A DNA stretch of 64,000 nt, taken from Fimbriimonadia bacterium. Lineage in GTDB: Bacteria > Armatimonadota > Fimbriimonadia > Fimbriimonadales > JABRVX01. The DNA lies in the NCBI GenBank assembly GCA_041483895.1, contig JBGPGO010000001.1:320001-384000 (forward strand). The letters are read 5' to 3'. The first letter of the stretch is position 1, and each line of letters opens with the position of its first letter. Of the stretch, positions 21,014 to 31,001 are shown in pieces. The position numbers and the translations under genes are program-made. Below the pieces are notes generated by a model. That model did no database searches. It was not told the DNA's origin and saw only the letters and a list, made by a program, of their open reading frames with translations.

Positions 21014-22003
21014 TTAGACCCCCGCTAAAGCGCTGAACAGCCGACGTCGGATCGTTTGGAATCGGCCTCCATCCGGATCTGAGAATACGCGATTGGTCAG
21101 CAGCGCCATCGCCGGGCCGCATTCGTAATTGACCAGCATCACCGTGCCGGTAAACCCAGTGTGCCCGACCACCGAGCGACCGAACACACCAGGATCGGGG
21201 AGCATTTCACTGCCGTGCGTGAAGAATCCGATGGAGCGAGGTTCCAATTCGCCGATCTGGTTCCGAAGCAGGGCATCCATAGCTCCCCGGGAGCGCAACG
21301 GCGGCGCAATCGCGCCCGGCAGCAGCGATTCCGAGTAGGAAGCAACGTCGTCCAGCGTGCCGAACAGACCGGCGTGGCCGGCAAATCCGCCCAAGGCAGC
21401 GGCGTTCGCGTCATGCGGTTCTCCCCGCAGCGTCTTCCCTTCTCGCCAAGGGCAGTTGCCGGTGACCGCGTACGATCCGCCTTGGAAGCCTAGCCCAAGC
21501 GGACGAAACACCAATTCGTTCGCAAGATTTCGCAGGGAATCACCGCCGGCCCGCTCCAAAATCACGCCGAGCAAGATGTAACCCACGTCGCTGTAAACAT
21601 GCCCCATCGATGGCAGCCGCTCCAACGGGGTCTGGAGCGCCTCATGCAACAGTTCGTCCGACTGGTAGAAAGGCCGCCACGCCGGAAGGCCGCTGGTGTG
21701 GGTCGCCAAATGGAATACGGTGACACCCTTCAGGTGCCGTGCTTCCGGCAGCCAATCTCCCACGGGATCGCGCAGCGACAACTTGCCTCGCTCGCACAGC
21801 GCCAGCAACGTAGTTGAAGTACAAATCGGTTTGGTAAGCGATGCGAGATCGAACACCGTCTCCGCCCCGCATTCGACCCCGCGTTCCGGGTCCGCCTGAC
21901 CTACATGCCAGACCTGGCGATCCTTTCCCGGCCATCGCAAGGAACAGGCGGCGCAGGTAAAGGCCCGCTCTTCGATCCCCGATTGCAAAATTGCTTCGAT
22001 CAC
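21014..22003 (-). CDS. Serine hydrolase, beta-lactamase-related family
   Basis: FDLASLTK (SxxK), HTSGLP, YSDVGY, GHAGLF, GHTGFTG and LLTNR; GTGA overlap with the upstream gene. Confidence 0.9.
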   Translation of the reverse strand: MIEAILQSGIEERAFTCAACSLRWPGKDRQVWHVGQADPERGVECGAETVFDLASLTKPICTSTTLLALCERGKLSLRDPVGDWLPEARHLKGVTVFHLATHTSGLPAWRPFYQSDELLHEALQTPLERLPSMGHVYSDVGYILLGVILERAGGDSLRNLANELVFRPLGLGFQGGSYAVTGNCPWREGKTLRGEPHDANAAALGGFAGHAGLFGTLDDVASYSESLLPGAIAPPLRSRGAMDALLRNQIGELEPRSIGFFTHGSEMLPDPGVFGRSVVGHTGFTGTVMLVNYECGPAMALLTNRVFSDPDGGRFQTIRRRLFSALAGV

Positions 22004-23109
22004 GGCGGTCCGAGGGCCGCTACCGTGTCCTTGAGTTTTTCCAGATTCTTCAAATTCCCGCCATCGGCCGTTATCCCGCCGTACGAGAACAGGGAAAATC
22101 CGGACAGCCCGTTCGAGCGGACCGAACGTATCCGGTCGGCAATCTGTTCGGGATTGAGTCGCCATGCGCCGATACCCATCACCACTTTGGTCCTTCCGGC
22201 CGCTTTCTTCGCGGCTTCGGAGAAGGAGCGGAATTGCAGCTCATCGACCACGTAATTCATGGGAACGACCTCATCGAGGAGGCCGGCTTTGCACCAGGCC
22301 GGCCAGTCCTGCATCTTCTGGCCGACCGCAAGCTTCTGGTTCGCCCACACGGCCGCCGAGAGCTCTTTGTCCGTACCCAAATCTTTCCGAATCTCCTTCA
22401 CGAGCGAAGTGATCTGTTCGCGGCGCCATTCATCCCATTTTTGGGGATAGGCGGCAATCAGAGCGTTTGGGGCCATGTCCATTCCCATATACGCCTTGAA
22501 CCTGCGGAGGCAGCAGTCGCAATAGCAAAAGGCGCTGCTGGGGTACCGGATGTAATCGAGGTGGATGCCGGCAATATCGTATTTCTTTGCAATCTCCTTC
22601 AGGACCGCCCGAAGATGCTGCCGCGCTTCCGGGTTGCTTGGGCACAGATAGGCGCCCTCGTTCTTGCCGGAAGAGAGCGGCTGGTCCCCAGATTTAGTAA
22701 TGGCGATCCAATTTCGGTGCGCGATGAGGATATGCTTTGCGTCTTGCGGCAGCGTCGCCTCGTTCCAGACATACATCGTGTTCACCCAGGCATGGACCTT
22801 TATTCCAGAGGCGTTGGCCTGCTTGATCACCTCCGCCAAAGGGTCGAAATCACTGGGGGCGTCCTTCAAAGCCTCCGACCGAGGCTCCAGGGTGGAAGCA
22901 TAGTAGGCGTCGCCCCGGCCCCGAACCTGAACGAACAGGGTATTGAATCCGGCTTCCGCGGCCCGCTTCACCAGGTTGTCGATTTTTTCCTTCGAAGAGA
23001 GGCTGTTGCGAACGACCCACATCGCGCGGGTCTCGTTCCGGTCGGTTTGACCTGGACCGGACGATAGGCTGAGGCCCAAGGAAATCAGGATTACGAAAGC
23101 GACCCGCAT
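22000..23109 (-). CDS. Glycoside hydrolase-like family 10 (DUF187, YddW/DigH-like)
   Basis: ETRAMWV, GFNTLFVQVRGRGDAYY, FDPL, VHAWVN, GIHLDYIRYP and QDW...PMNY. Confidence 0.9.
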   Translation of the reverse strand: MRVAFVILISLGLSLSSGPGQTDRNETRAMWVVRNSLSSKEKIDNLVKRAAEAGFNTLFVQVRGRGDAYYASTLEPRSEALKDAPSDFDPLAEVIKQANASGIKVHAWVNTMYVWNEATLPQDAKHILIAHRNWIAITKSGDQPLSSGKNEGAYLCPSNPEARQHLRAVLKEIAKKYDIAGIHLDYIRYPSSAFCYCDCCLRRFKAYMGMDMAPNALIAAYPQKWDEWRREQITSLVKEIRKDLGTDKELSAAVWANQKLAVGQKMQDWPAWCKAGLLDEVVPMNYVVDELQFRSFSEAAKKAAGRTKVVMGIGAWRLNPEQIADRIRSVRSNGLSGFSLFSYGGITADGGNLKNLEKLKDTVAALGPP

Positions 23110-23292
23110 GTTTGCTATCCCCCTTCACCTGTCGCACCGTTCGCGGAATTCCGACAATTTCGTATTGATAGACTTCTAGCAGTTGCTCAGGGTACCTGTT
23201 GCGGAAGCGTATCCATTGAATCGGAGGACCGTAGCGCAAATGGCTTTTTTTCAGGGGACAAATTATTCCGATGAGAGCATGAGGCGAAGAGC

Positions 23293-24171
23293 TTGACACC
23301 GCCAGTAGACCACGAAGCCTTCCGCCGGCATGTGGAGCGTTCTGTAAACGACCTGCCGGCGATGCCAACTGTTGTGTCAAAGGTTATCGAAATTGCAGAC
23401 AGCCTGGACGGGTCCGCACAGGATGTTCAGAAGATCATCGCGACGGACCAGGCGCTGACCGGCAAAGTGCTGCGCGTCGTCAATTCGGCCTATTACGGCG
23501 CGGCGGGACAGATCTCTTCGATCACACAGGGCGTCATGGTATTGGGAATGCGGCAATTGCGGAACCTCACCCTCAGCTTGGCCGCAATGAGCCTGGTCAA
23601 GTCCCGAGCCGCCCACATGGTCGAGCACCAAGCGGCCTTTTGGCGTCATTCATTCGCTGTGGGATCCGCATCGATGATGGTCGGGAAACAGGCTCGGTTG
23701 CCGCAGTCGCGGTTGGATGACGTCTTTACCGGCGGGCTGCTGCACGATCTTGGGCGTCTGTTCTTGCTCAGCTTTTTCTATGATCTGTTCTTCGCAACGT
23801 TGCAAATGGCGGAGGAAAGGGGCTGCACCACGGAACAGGCAGAGAAAGCGCTGCTCGGCCTCGACCACACGGAAATTGGCGCAATGTTGGCCGCCCACTG
23901 GAAGTTCCCGGAGGGACTCCTGCAGATCATCCGCTACCATCACGGGCCGATGCCACAGGGGGACTACTTTGCCAGCGTCGCTTGCGTACACCTCGCGGAA
24001 GCGCTTACCGACGAGGCAAGTGAAGGCAAGGCGTTTGCAGAGATTGCCATCCTGGATGAAGTTCGAAGCTGGGCTAAGCTGACGGAGGACGAATTCACCT
24101 TCATTCAAGTGACCGTCAGTCAGCAGATATCGGAAGCGGAAGACATGATCGGTTTGATGCACGCCGCATAG
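23293..24171 (+). CDS. HDOD domain signal transduction protein
   Basis: LPAMP, DQALTGKVLRVVNSAYY, FWRHS, GLLHDLG and DHTEIGAMLAAHWKFP. Confidence 0.92.
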   Translation: MTPPVDHEAFRRHVERSVNDLPAMPTVVSKVIEIADSLDGSAQDVQKIIATDQALTGKVLRVVNSAYYGAAGQISSITQGVMVLGMRQLRNLTLSLAAMSLVKSRAAHMVEHQAAFWRHSFAVGSASMMVGKQARLPQSRLDDVFTGGLLHDLGRLFLLSFFYDLFFATLQMAEERGCTTEQAEKALLGLDHTEIGAMLAAHWKFPEGLLQIIRYHHGPMPQGDYFASVACVHLAEALTDEASEGKAFAEIAILDEVRSWAKLTEDEFTFIQVTVSQQISEAEDMIGLMHAA

Positions 24172-24208
24172 AGATCGGGTCGCCTATATTAGGATAGACT
24201 CAAGTCCG

Positions 24209-26182
24209 ATGTACACGCTGCGAACCAAACCATCCTATTCGGTGTTGGCAACCGCACTGATTCTGGTTGCGGGCCTGGGACTTTCCGGAAAGTTCCTCCG
24301 ACGGTATGAGGTCCAGGCGGATAGAAACGCTCTTGCCAAATCGCGCAGCCCGTTTCTAAAGACCTCGAAATCCCACTTTATCCAGTGGATGGAATGGGGA
24401 CCGGAGGTGTTCCAAGCAGCCAAACGGCGAGACGTGCCGATCTACATCGACATCGGCGTCTTTTGGAATCGTCTATGCGGCCGGATGAACGGGGAAATCA
24501 ATGTCGATTCACAGCTCGCGCAGTATCTCAACGACCATTTTGTGTGCGTGAAAATCGATGCGGAGCAAGAACCGGCGGTGGCAGCCTCGTTCTTGCGGCA
24601 AGCACGAACGCTGGGGGGGTCTGCCGATTGGCCTCTCGTCGCGGTCGCGGATCACCGGGGAGCGATCTTCCGAGTTGCGACGTGGGACCAGGACCTGTCC
24701 ATTGAGCAGTTGTACGCTTGGCTGCAAGATGCCAGAGAACTCTGGGCGCAAAATAGGGCGGAGGTGACCAGGCTCGCCGATACCACTTTGGCTGCCGAAC
24801 AAGAGTCCATCGTCTCGGCGGAGCATCGCCCGGCGGCTCCGGAGCCTGAAGTTCTGGCTGCGATGACGGAGAAACTATTCCAGCGCTACGACGCCCAGTA
24901 CGGCGGCTTCGGAATCCCCCGCCAGGAGGGAAAGGGTGTTGATGGACCGGCGCTTCTGTTTCTCTTGGATCGCGCGGAGCGGGACAAGGATGCTGACTCA
25001 AAGCAAAAACTGCGATTCTGTCTGGACACATTGCGCGACAGCGCCCTCCATGATTGGGTCAACGGAGGCTTCCATCTCTCCTCCTCGGATCGCGCGAGAA
25101 AGCTGCCGGATTTTGCGAAGCACATTGCCCTCAATGCGCAATTGCTGGAGATCTACGCTCGTGCAGCGAAGCTGTTCAATGATGAATCCTATCGAAAGAT
25201 CGCCGGTGAAATCGTCGATTTCATTCAGACCACATTGTGGGATGACATGGAGGCGAAAGTATTCACGTCCGTCAGTTACGGCTTGTCGCCCTCTGAACGC
25301 GGCGCATATTACGCATGGTCGCTCAGCCAATTGAATACGGTCTGTACTCCCACGGAGATCGCGGCGCTGCGGTACCGTTTTGGTTTGGATGAAGAGGGAT
25401 CGATCCGGTGGGATACGTCGTTGCGAGTTTTCCACGTATCGGCGAGTTTTGCGCAAATCGCTTCGAAGATGGGGATATCCGAGGCATCTGTTCGTTCGCT
25501 GATTGAAGATGCATTGGGAAATCTCCAAGACGCTCGGGATCGCCGAGCGTTGCTTCCGCCCGTGGATCGATCCGTTCACACAGACCTCAATGGGCTTGCC
25601 GCTTATTCCTTCGCGGTAGCCGGAAAAGCACTCGGCAACGACAACCTCGTCAGCATGGGTGACAGGGTCATCCAGCACCTGCTGGACTTTAAGAAAGAAC
25701 CGGATGGACTGCTCAATCATGGCTTAAGCACCGCGACCGGCCTACTAGCGGATCAGGTTTGGCCCGCGCTTGCTTCGGTAGCCGTGTATCGAGCGAATGG
25801 CGATCCCGAACGGCTGCGGTTCGCGGAAGCAATCGCGGGGGCGTTGCAACGGCGATTCGAAGACCGGACGGGTTGGTGGGGACTGTGGATGCGGGCAACG
25901 GACAAAGCGCTTGCGGAGGCAGCACCGATCGAATCCATGCGACTGGCCCCAATCGAACGAGGGATGATACCCTTCAAGCCGATCTACGACACGCTCTATA
26001 TGTCGGACAACGCCGCGTCCGCGCTGCTGATGATCGATCTGTACGAAGTCACCAAGAACCCGGAATATTGGGAGACGGCCCGCCGCATTCTGTTCGCGTT
26101 CGGCAAGAAACTGGAAGAGGGCGATCCGGCGCAAGTCGGTATGATGATCCCATTGAACCGGTTCTTGGAGGCGAAGCGATGA
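24209..26182 (+). CDS. DUF255 thioredoxin-like plus (alpha/alpha)6 protein (YyaL/SPATA20-like), membrane-anchored
   Basis: SPFL...IQWMEWGPEVF, LNDHFVCVKID, YDAQYGGFG and HDWVNGGF; the CxxC motif is degenerate (WNRLC). Confidence 0.85.
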   Translation: MYTLRTKPSYSVLATALILVAGLGLSGKFLRRYEVQADRNALAKSRSPFLKTSKSHFIQWMEWGPEVFQAAKRRDVPIYIDIGVFWNRLCGRMNGEINVDSQLAQYLNDHFVCVKIDAEQEPAVAASFLRQARTLGGSADWPLVAVADHRGAIFRVATWDQDLSIEQLYAWLQDARELWAQNRAEVTRLADTTLAAEQESIVSAEHRPAAPEPEVLAAMTEKLFQRYDAQYGGFGIPRQEGKGVDGPALLFLLDRAERDKDADSKQKLRFCLDTLRDSALHDWVNGGFHLSSSDRARKLPDFAKHIALNAQLLEIYARAAKLFNDESYRKIAGEIVDFIQTTLWDDMEAKVFTSVSYGLSPSERGAYYAWSLSQLNTVCTPTEIAALRYRFGLDEEGSIRWDTSLRVFHVSASFAQIASKMGISEASVRSLIEDALGNLQDARDRRALLPPVDRSVHTDLNGLAAYSFAVAGKALGNDNLVSMGDRVIQHLLDFKKEPDGLLNHGLSTATGLLADQVWPALASVAVYRANGDPERLRFAEAIAGALQRRFEDRTGWWGLWMRATDKALAEAAPIESMRLAPIERGMIPFKPIYDTLYMSDNAASALLMIDLYEVTKNPEYWETARRILFAFGKKLEEGDPAQVGMMIPLNRFLEAKR

Positions 26183-26772
26183 GCGAGCGATTGATCGTCG
26201 GGATCACGGGGGGTAGTGGCGCAATCTACGGTGTCCGCTTGTTGCACCGCGCGCTGGAAAGCTATGACGAAGTGTATGCCTGCGTCTCCCATGCGGCATC
26301 CATTGTGTTGCGGCAGGAGCTGGACCGGGAATTCGATCCCGAAAATCCGTCGGCGGAGGCACTGCTCGGGCGATCTCCCTCCAATCTAACATTGCTCACA
26401 CCCAAAGATTTCATGTCTCCTCCCGCCAGCGGTTCGTTCCGTCATTCAGGGATGATCATCGCCCCCTGCTCGATGGGGACCGCCGGCCGCATCGCCAACG
26501 GTGTCTCGGACGATCTGATATCGCGGGCCGCCGACGTCTGCCTCAAGGAGCGAAGTCCGTTGGTCCTCATCATCCGCGAATCACCCCTGTCCCTCGTCCA
26601 CCTGAAAAACCTGACGGCGCTGACGGAGGCCGGTGCGATTGTGATGCCCGCCGCGCCCGGATTCTACTTCCGGCCCAAGACGATCGATGAGATGGTAGAC
26701 AGCGTCGTGGTGCGCGCGCTCCAGGTCATCGGCCGCGTGGATCCTTCCGCCAAGGAGTGGGGCAAGCATTAG
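26179..26772 (+). CDS. ubiX: Flavin prenyltransferase
   Basis: LIVGITGGSGAIYG, ASGS, APCSMGT, RAADVCLKER, RESPL and PGFY. Confidence 0.93.
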   Translation: MSERLIVGITGGSGAIYGVRLLHRALESYDEVYACVSHAASIVLRQELDREFDPENPSAEALLGRSPSNLTLLTPKDFMSPPASGSFRHSGMIIAPCSMGTAGRIANGVSDDLISRAADVCLKERSPLVLIIRESPLSLVHLKNLTALTEAGAIVMPAAPGFYFRPKTIDEMVDSVVVRALQVIGRVDPSAKEWGKH

Positions 26773-26775
26773 TCC

Positions 26776-26957
26776 TGGAGGGCTCCGCTCCGTCGGAGCC
26801 TCGTCGTTGGAGGGCTTCGCTCCGTCGGAGCCTCGTCGTTGGAGGGCTCCGCTCCGTCGGAGCCTCGTCGTTGGAGGGCTCCGCTCCGTCGGAGCCGAGA
26901 ACTTGCGGAGAAGATCACGCCTGCCCGCGGGCGGCTCCGACGGAGCGGAGCCCTCCA
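26776..26957. repeat. REP array: four tandem 25-bp units (32-bp period) plus one inverted copy
   Basis: TGGAGGGCT(C/T)CGCTCCGTCGGAGCC at 26776, 26808, 26840 and 26872, separated by identical TCGTCGT. Reverse-complement copy at 26933-26957. Confidence 0.92.
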
Positions 26958-26960
26958 TGC

Positions 26961-28175
26961 TCATGCACGCGGTAGATAGATGCGGAACGTAGTCCCTTCG
27001 CCGACCGTGCTCTCCGCTTCCAACCGTCCGCTGTGCATCTCGGCGATTTTGCGCACGATCGACGTCCCAAGGCCGGTTCCGCCCGCCTTGCTGCTCTCCG
27101 CGGTGCCGGCGAGAACCTGCGCCAGTCGCTCCGGGGGCATCCCCTTCCCGGTATCTCTAATCGTCAGACACACTTCGTCCGGAAGCTCGGCGATACCCAT
27201 GTGGACCTTTCCGCCTTCCGGGGTGGCCTCGACCGCATTGATCGTCAAATTGTAGACCGCCCTTTCCACCATCACCTCGTCCAACTGCAGCATGATCGGG
27301 CCGGCGGTATCGGCGATCAGCTCGACCCCCTTCGTCCGAGCCAGCTTCTGTTGGGTGAGAAATTCTCGCGAGGCAATCGCGCAAATGTCGGCGGGTTGCA
27401 GCGCTATCGCCATCTCTTTCCCCTTTGCGAGGTCTGCGATCATCTGCGTGTACCGATGGGTTTTTTGCGCTCCGCTCGCGATGATCTCGGCGGTCTCCTT
27501 CATGGATTGCAGCACGTCCGCCGCTCCCGTTCCATCAAGCGAGGGGGCCAGCATCTCCAGATCGAGCATGAGCGTCATCGCCCCCATGGTCAGCGGCGCG
27601 ACCTTATTCTTGATATCGTGCGCGATATCGCCCATCGCGGCGAGACCTGTTGCCTTCTTGGCGTCTTCGGCAAGCTGCGCGTTTTGGATCGCCATCGCCG
27701 CGACGCTCCCGACGATCTCCAGCATCACGAGGTCCTCTTCGTTGAAGTCCCCGCTGCGCTTATTCAATACCTGAACGACGCCTACCGGTTGAGAATCCGC
27801 AACCAGCAGCGGTACTGTTACGAGCGAGCGCGTCGTGTGCTCGGTCTTTTTATCAAAACCCTTTTGGTGATCGCTCGCGCCGGCCACGTCGTTGTCGATA
27901 CGGCTCAACCGATTGGTGAAAACCGAGCCGGCGATACCCTGCGTGTCGGGGAACGACTGGCCCTGGAGCTGGGCGTTCATCTCCGGAGGCAGGACGTAGC
28001 CGAATACAAGCACCCCTTTCCGTGGATCGTGCAGGTAGATCGTGCCACCCGTCGCGTCCACCGATTCGACGCAAACAGTTAGGATGCTCTCCAGCGATCC
28101 ATCGATGCTCGGGTTGGAAGAGAGCACCGAAGTCATCGCGTGAATGGCGGAGACGAGTCGCCGGTCCTGGGTCAT
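26961..28175 (-). CDS. GAF domain sensor histidine kinase
   Basis: GAF (GIAGSVF, GVVQVLNK), H-box AHDIKN, N-box NLTINAVEA, DTGKGM and GTGLG. Confidence 0.92.
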   Translation of the reverse strand: MTQDRRLVSAIHAMTSVLSSNPSIDGSLESILTVCVESVDATGGTIYLHDPRKGVLVFGYVLPPEMNAQLQGQSFPDTQGIAGSVFTNRLSRIDNDVAGASDHQKGFDKKTEHTTRSLVTVPLLVADSQPVGVVQVLNKRSGDFNEEDLVMLEIVGSVAAMAIQNAQLAEDAKKATGLAAMGDIAHDIKNKVAPLTMGAMTLMLDLEMLAPSLDGTGAADVLQSMKETAEIIASGAQKTHRYTQMIADLAKGKEMAIALQPADICAIASREFLTQQKLARTKGVELIADTAGPIMLQLDEVMVERAVYNLTINAVEATPEGGKVHMGIAELPDEVCLTIRDTGKGMPPERLAQVLAGTAESSKAGGTGLGTSIVRKIAEMHSGRLEAESTVGEGTTFRIYLPRA

Positions 28176-28202
28176 GGCGGGCAAATTCTACCCAAGTTTT
28201 GT

Positions 28203-28892
28203 CTACGTTTCTTGCGTAACTGGCCGCTTTTTCCACCAGGTCAGCCATCGGCGTCTGCGGTGGGGCGGGTGTTGTGTCGCATAGTGCACGTCCGCTGACA
28301 ACAGTTCAAACCATTCGCCGAGCGCTTCGTTGAGATCGTCGAGGGAGAGTCTGTATGGCCCCCATTGGTTCTGCGGATCGTCCGCATCTTGCTGCTCGTG
28401 GCGGCTGCGGAGCAGGAGAACGCCATCCGGCGCCAGCGCCCGATTGACCTCGCCTGCGTAAAGTTGCCGTTCCACAGCATGGTGGCAGTGCAGGCAGCCC
28501 TGGTCGAAAACCGCTGCCAGCGCGCCGTCCCGAACCGGAAGACGAAGGGCATCCGCGACAAACAAGCGACCGGTCAGTTCTGGATGGGATTCGCTCGCGA
28601 ACCGCAAGGCGGTCGGCGAGATGTCGAACCCGAAAGCAGTGCGGCCGGATTCCACGAGATACGCCAGGTCTGCCCCGGTGCCGCAACCGACATCTAAGAT
28701 CGGTCGAATCGGTAGGCGCGGGTCAGCTTCCCGGAGGTTCTCATTCACCGACTCCAATGACCCGCCTTCGCCAGGTAGCTTGTCCAACTCCGCTTCCATC
28801 TCAGCCGTAGGCTGCTCGTGATACCAAGGAAGTTGCGTCGGGTCCGCCTGTCGGTATCGAGCTTCCCACTTCTCCGATCGATCGTTGTTCAT
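28203..28892 (-). CDS. Class I SAM-dependent methyltransferase
   Basis: WEARY...PW, ILDVGCGTG, GFDISPTAL and FDQGCLH; ATGA overlap with the upstream gene. Confidence 0.9.
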   Translation of the reverse strand: MNNDRSEKWEARYRQADPTQLPWYHEQPTAEMEAELDKLPGEGGSLESVNENLREADPRLPIRPILDVGCGTGADLAYLVESGRTAFGFDISPTALRFASESHPELTGRLFVADALRLPVRDGALAAVFDQGCLHCHHAVERQLYAGEVNRALAPDGVLLLRSRHEQQDADDPQNQWGPYRLSLDDLNEALGEWFELLSADVHYATQHPPHRRRRWLTWWKKRPVTQET

Positions 28893-29227
28893 GTGCGCTT
28901 CGACTTCGGCACTTTGGCGAGCACCAACGCGTGGCTGGTGGCGATCAGCTTCTTGCATTCGTCGCAGGTCGGCCGGTTGCTGACCGTGATGTTGACCCAC
29001 CCGTTGTGCCACATGTAGGGCGCGGGGATGATATGGGGCTTATCCAGCAGGTCTCCCAACGCCTCCGGATCGGCCTTCAGCGAGACGTTCACTTTCCTCT
29101 CTTCATCGACAAGCGAAAACACCTTGCCATAAGTCTTGTAGACGAAGCACTCCCCTTGAAACACCATGGTGGAGCCTTCAAACGTCTCGCAGTAGTCCCG
29201 CAGCTCCTGTAGGTAGTCGATAGCCAT
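28889..29227 (-). CDS. MmcQ/YjbR family DNA-binding protein
   Basis: [23 protein letters not shown]...WV and [15 protein letters not shown]. Confidence 0.85.
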   Translation of the reverse strand: MAIDYLQELRDYCETFEGSTMVFQGECFVYKTYGKVFSLVDEERKVNVSLKADPEALGDLLDKPHIIPAPYMWHNGWVNITVSNRPTCDECKKLIATSHALVLAKVPKSKRT

Positions 29228-29259
29228 ACCGGCATTTTGGCACGGTTGACCTCCGTCAA

Positions 29260-29299
29260 ACCCCCTCCCCCGCTTGCGGGGGAGGGTTGGGGTGGGGGT
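29260..29299. repeat. REP-like palindrome, family B (CCCTCCCCCGC...GCGGGGGAGGG plus G-tract tail)
   Basis: Its reverse complement matches 42971-43010 at 39 of 40 positions. Confidence 0.88.
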
Positions 29300-29322
29300 T
29301 TTCGGCCATAATCACCGGCAGC

Positions 29323-29901
29323 ATGCTCCTGATGATCGACAACTACGACAGCTTCACCTACAACCTGGTCCAGTACCTGGGCGAGATGGGCGTTGAGCTG
29401 CTCGTAAAGCGAAACGACGAGCTGACGCTGGACGAGATTGCATATATGGCGCCGGCGGGGATCGTGCTGTCACCGGGGCCATGCACGCCGGACCGAGCGG
29501 GCATCTGCCTGTCGCTCATCGAGCGATTCGCAGGCCAGATTCCATTGCTTGGGGTCTGTCTCGGCCACCAGGCCATTGGGCAGGCGTTTGGCGGCAAGGT
29601 GGTTCAGGCGGTCAAGATCATGCACGGCAAGCCGTCGAACATCAGGCACAACGGCACGGGGGTTTTCCAGGGTCTTCCCAATCCGTTCGCCGCAATACGA
29701 TATCATTCGCTGGTGATTGAGAAGGAGTCGCTGCCGGATTGTCTGGAAGTTACGGCGACGTCGGAAGATGATAATGAGATCATGGGTGTCCGCCACAAGG
29801 AGTTGGATGTCGAAGGGATTCAGTTTCATCCGGAGTCGGTTTTGACAGAGCATGGGAAGGATCTGCTTCACAATTTTGCGGTCCGGACCGGATTAACATA
29901 A
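29323..29901 (+). CDS. trpG: Anthranilate/aminodeoxychorismate synthase glutamine amidotransferase subunit (TrpG/PabA)
   Basis: [27 protein letters not shown] and QFHPES. Confidence 0.92.
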   Translation: MLLMIDNYDSFTYNLVQYLGEMGVELLVKRNDELTLDEIAYMAPAGIVLSPGPCTPDRAGICLSLIERFAGQIPLLGVCLGHQAIGQAFGGKVVQAVKIMHGKPSNIRHNGTGVFQGLPNPFAAIRYHSLVIEKESLPDCLEVTATSEDDNEIMGVRHKELDVEGIQFHPESVLTEHGKDLLHNFAVRTGLT

Positions 29902-31001
29902 TGGAACCAAAATATCAAAATCGAATCGAGAAAATGCAGCAAGCTCTTACGGACCAAGGCATAGACGCCTTCTTCGCCTCCACACCGGTCACGATGGGCT
30001 ATCTGGCCAACTTTCACGAAGGCGGATGGGAGCGGATGCTGCTCCTCGGCATCGCGCCCAATGAGGCGCCGGCCATGCTGATACCAGCGCTCAGCCACAC
30101 GCAGGCGCAAGAGACGACGGGCCTCACGGACCTCACCACATGGTCAGACGGCGAGGACCCCGGCCTGAAATTCGCGGATTGGGCGGACCGCTGGGGATTG
30201 CGAACCGGTGTCATCGCCGTGGACGATGAGATGTCCGCGTCCTACCTATTGCGAATGCAGCAGGCCCTTCCCGCCGCGCTGTTCAAGCCGGGCACACCGC
30301 TCATCGAAGCCTGCCGGGGGCGCAAAGACGCGTGGGAGATGGAGCGGATGGAAAAAGCCTCGGCGGCGGTCGACAAGGCCTACCTGGCGATCCAATCGAT
30401 GATCAAACCGGGCGCCACGGAGCGAGAAATTCAATCGGCCATCCATCGCGCCACGGTTCCCCATGCCGACTCCGCCAGCTTCGCCATCGTGGCTTCGGGC
30501 CCGAACGGCGCGAAACCCCACTATCTGACCGGCGACGTGCCGGTACAGGAAGGCGACGTGATCGTCATGGATTTCGGCGCGACGGTAGATGGATACCAGG
30601 CCGACATCACCAGGACCGTCTGCGTCGGCAAGGCGAGCGACGACGCGAAGAAGATCTATCGCATCGTGCTAGCCGCTCACAACGCATCGCGGGCCGCCGC
30701 AAAGCCCGGCGTCCCCGCGCAAGAGGTTGACCGGGCCGGCCGCAAGAAGATTGCCGATGCGGGCTTTGGAGACTACTTTGTGCATCGCACCGGCCACGGC
30801 ATCGGGTTGCAGGTACACGAGCCGCCGTTCATGGTCGAGGGAAACGAGAGTCCGCTGCAAGAGGGGAACTGCTTTACCGTCGAGCCGGGGATCTATCTGC
30901 CGGGCAAGTTGGGCGTGCGAATCGAAAACGTCTGCGCCATCACTTCCGATGGGTGCCGCTCGCTCAACGCCGACGCGCCAACCGAATTGCCGGAGCTATA
31001 G
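29901..31001 (+). CDS. Xaa-Pro peptidase, M24 family
   Basis: Creatinase-like N-domain; DFG...DITRT, HRTGHGIGLQVHE, EPGIY and GVRIE. Confidence 0.92.
   Translation: MEPKYQNRIEKMQQALTDQGIDAFFASTPVTMGYLANFHEGGWERMLLLGIAPNEAPAMLIPALSHTQAQETTGLTDLTTWSDGEDPGLKFADWADRWGLRTGVIAVDDEMSASYLLRMQQALPAALFKPGTPLIEACRGRKDAWEMERMEKASAAVDKAYLAIQSMIKPGATEREIQSAIHRATVPHADSASFAIVASGPNGAKPHYLTGDVPVQEGDVIVMDFGATVDGYQADITRTVCVGKASDDAKKIYRIVLAAHNASRAAAKPGVPAQEVDRAGRKKIADAGFGDYFVHRTGHGIGLQVHEPPFMVEGNESPLQEGNCFTVEPGIYLPGKLGVRIENVCAITSDGCRSLNADAPTELPEL

Noticed and set aside
23251..23274. Sigma28 promoter upstream of the HDOD gene (TCAG...TCCGATGA)
   Set aside because: The 12-nt spacing is too short for the TAAA-N15-GCCGATAA consensus.
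26776..26896. CRISPR array
   Set aside because: The spacers are identical and only 7 nt, an inverted copy follows, and no cas genes are present; it fits a REP/VNTR.
26581..26992. ORFs with EGSAPSEP repeats
   Set aside because: These are just translations of the REP array.
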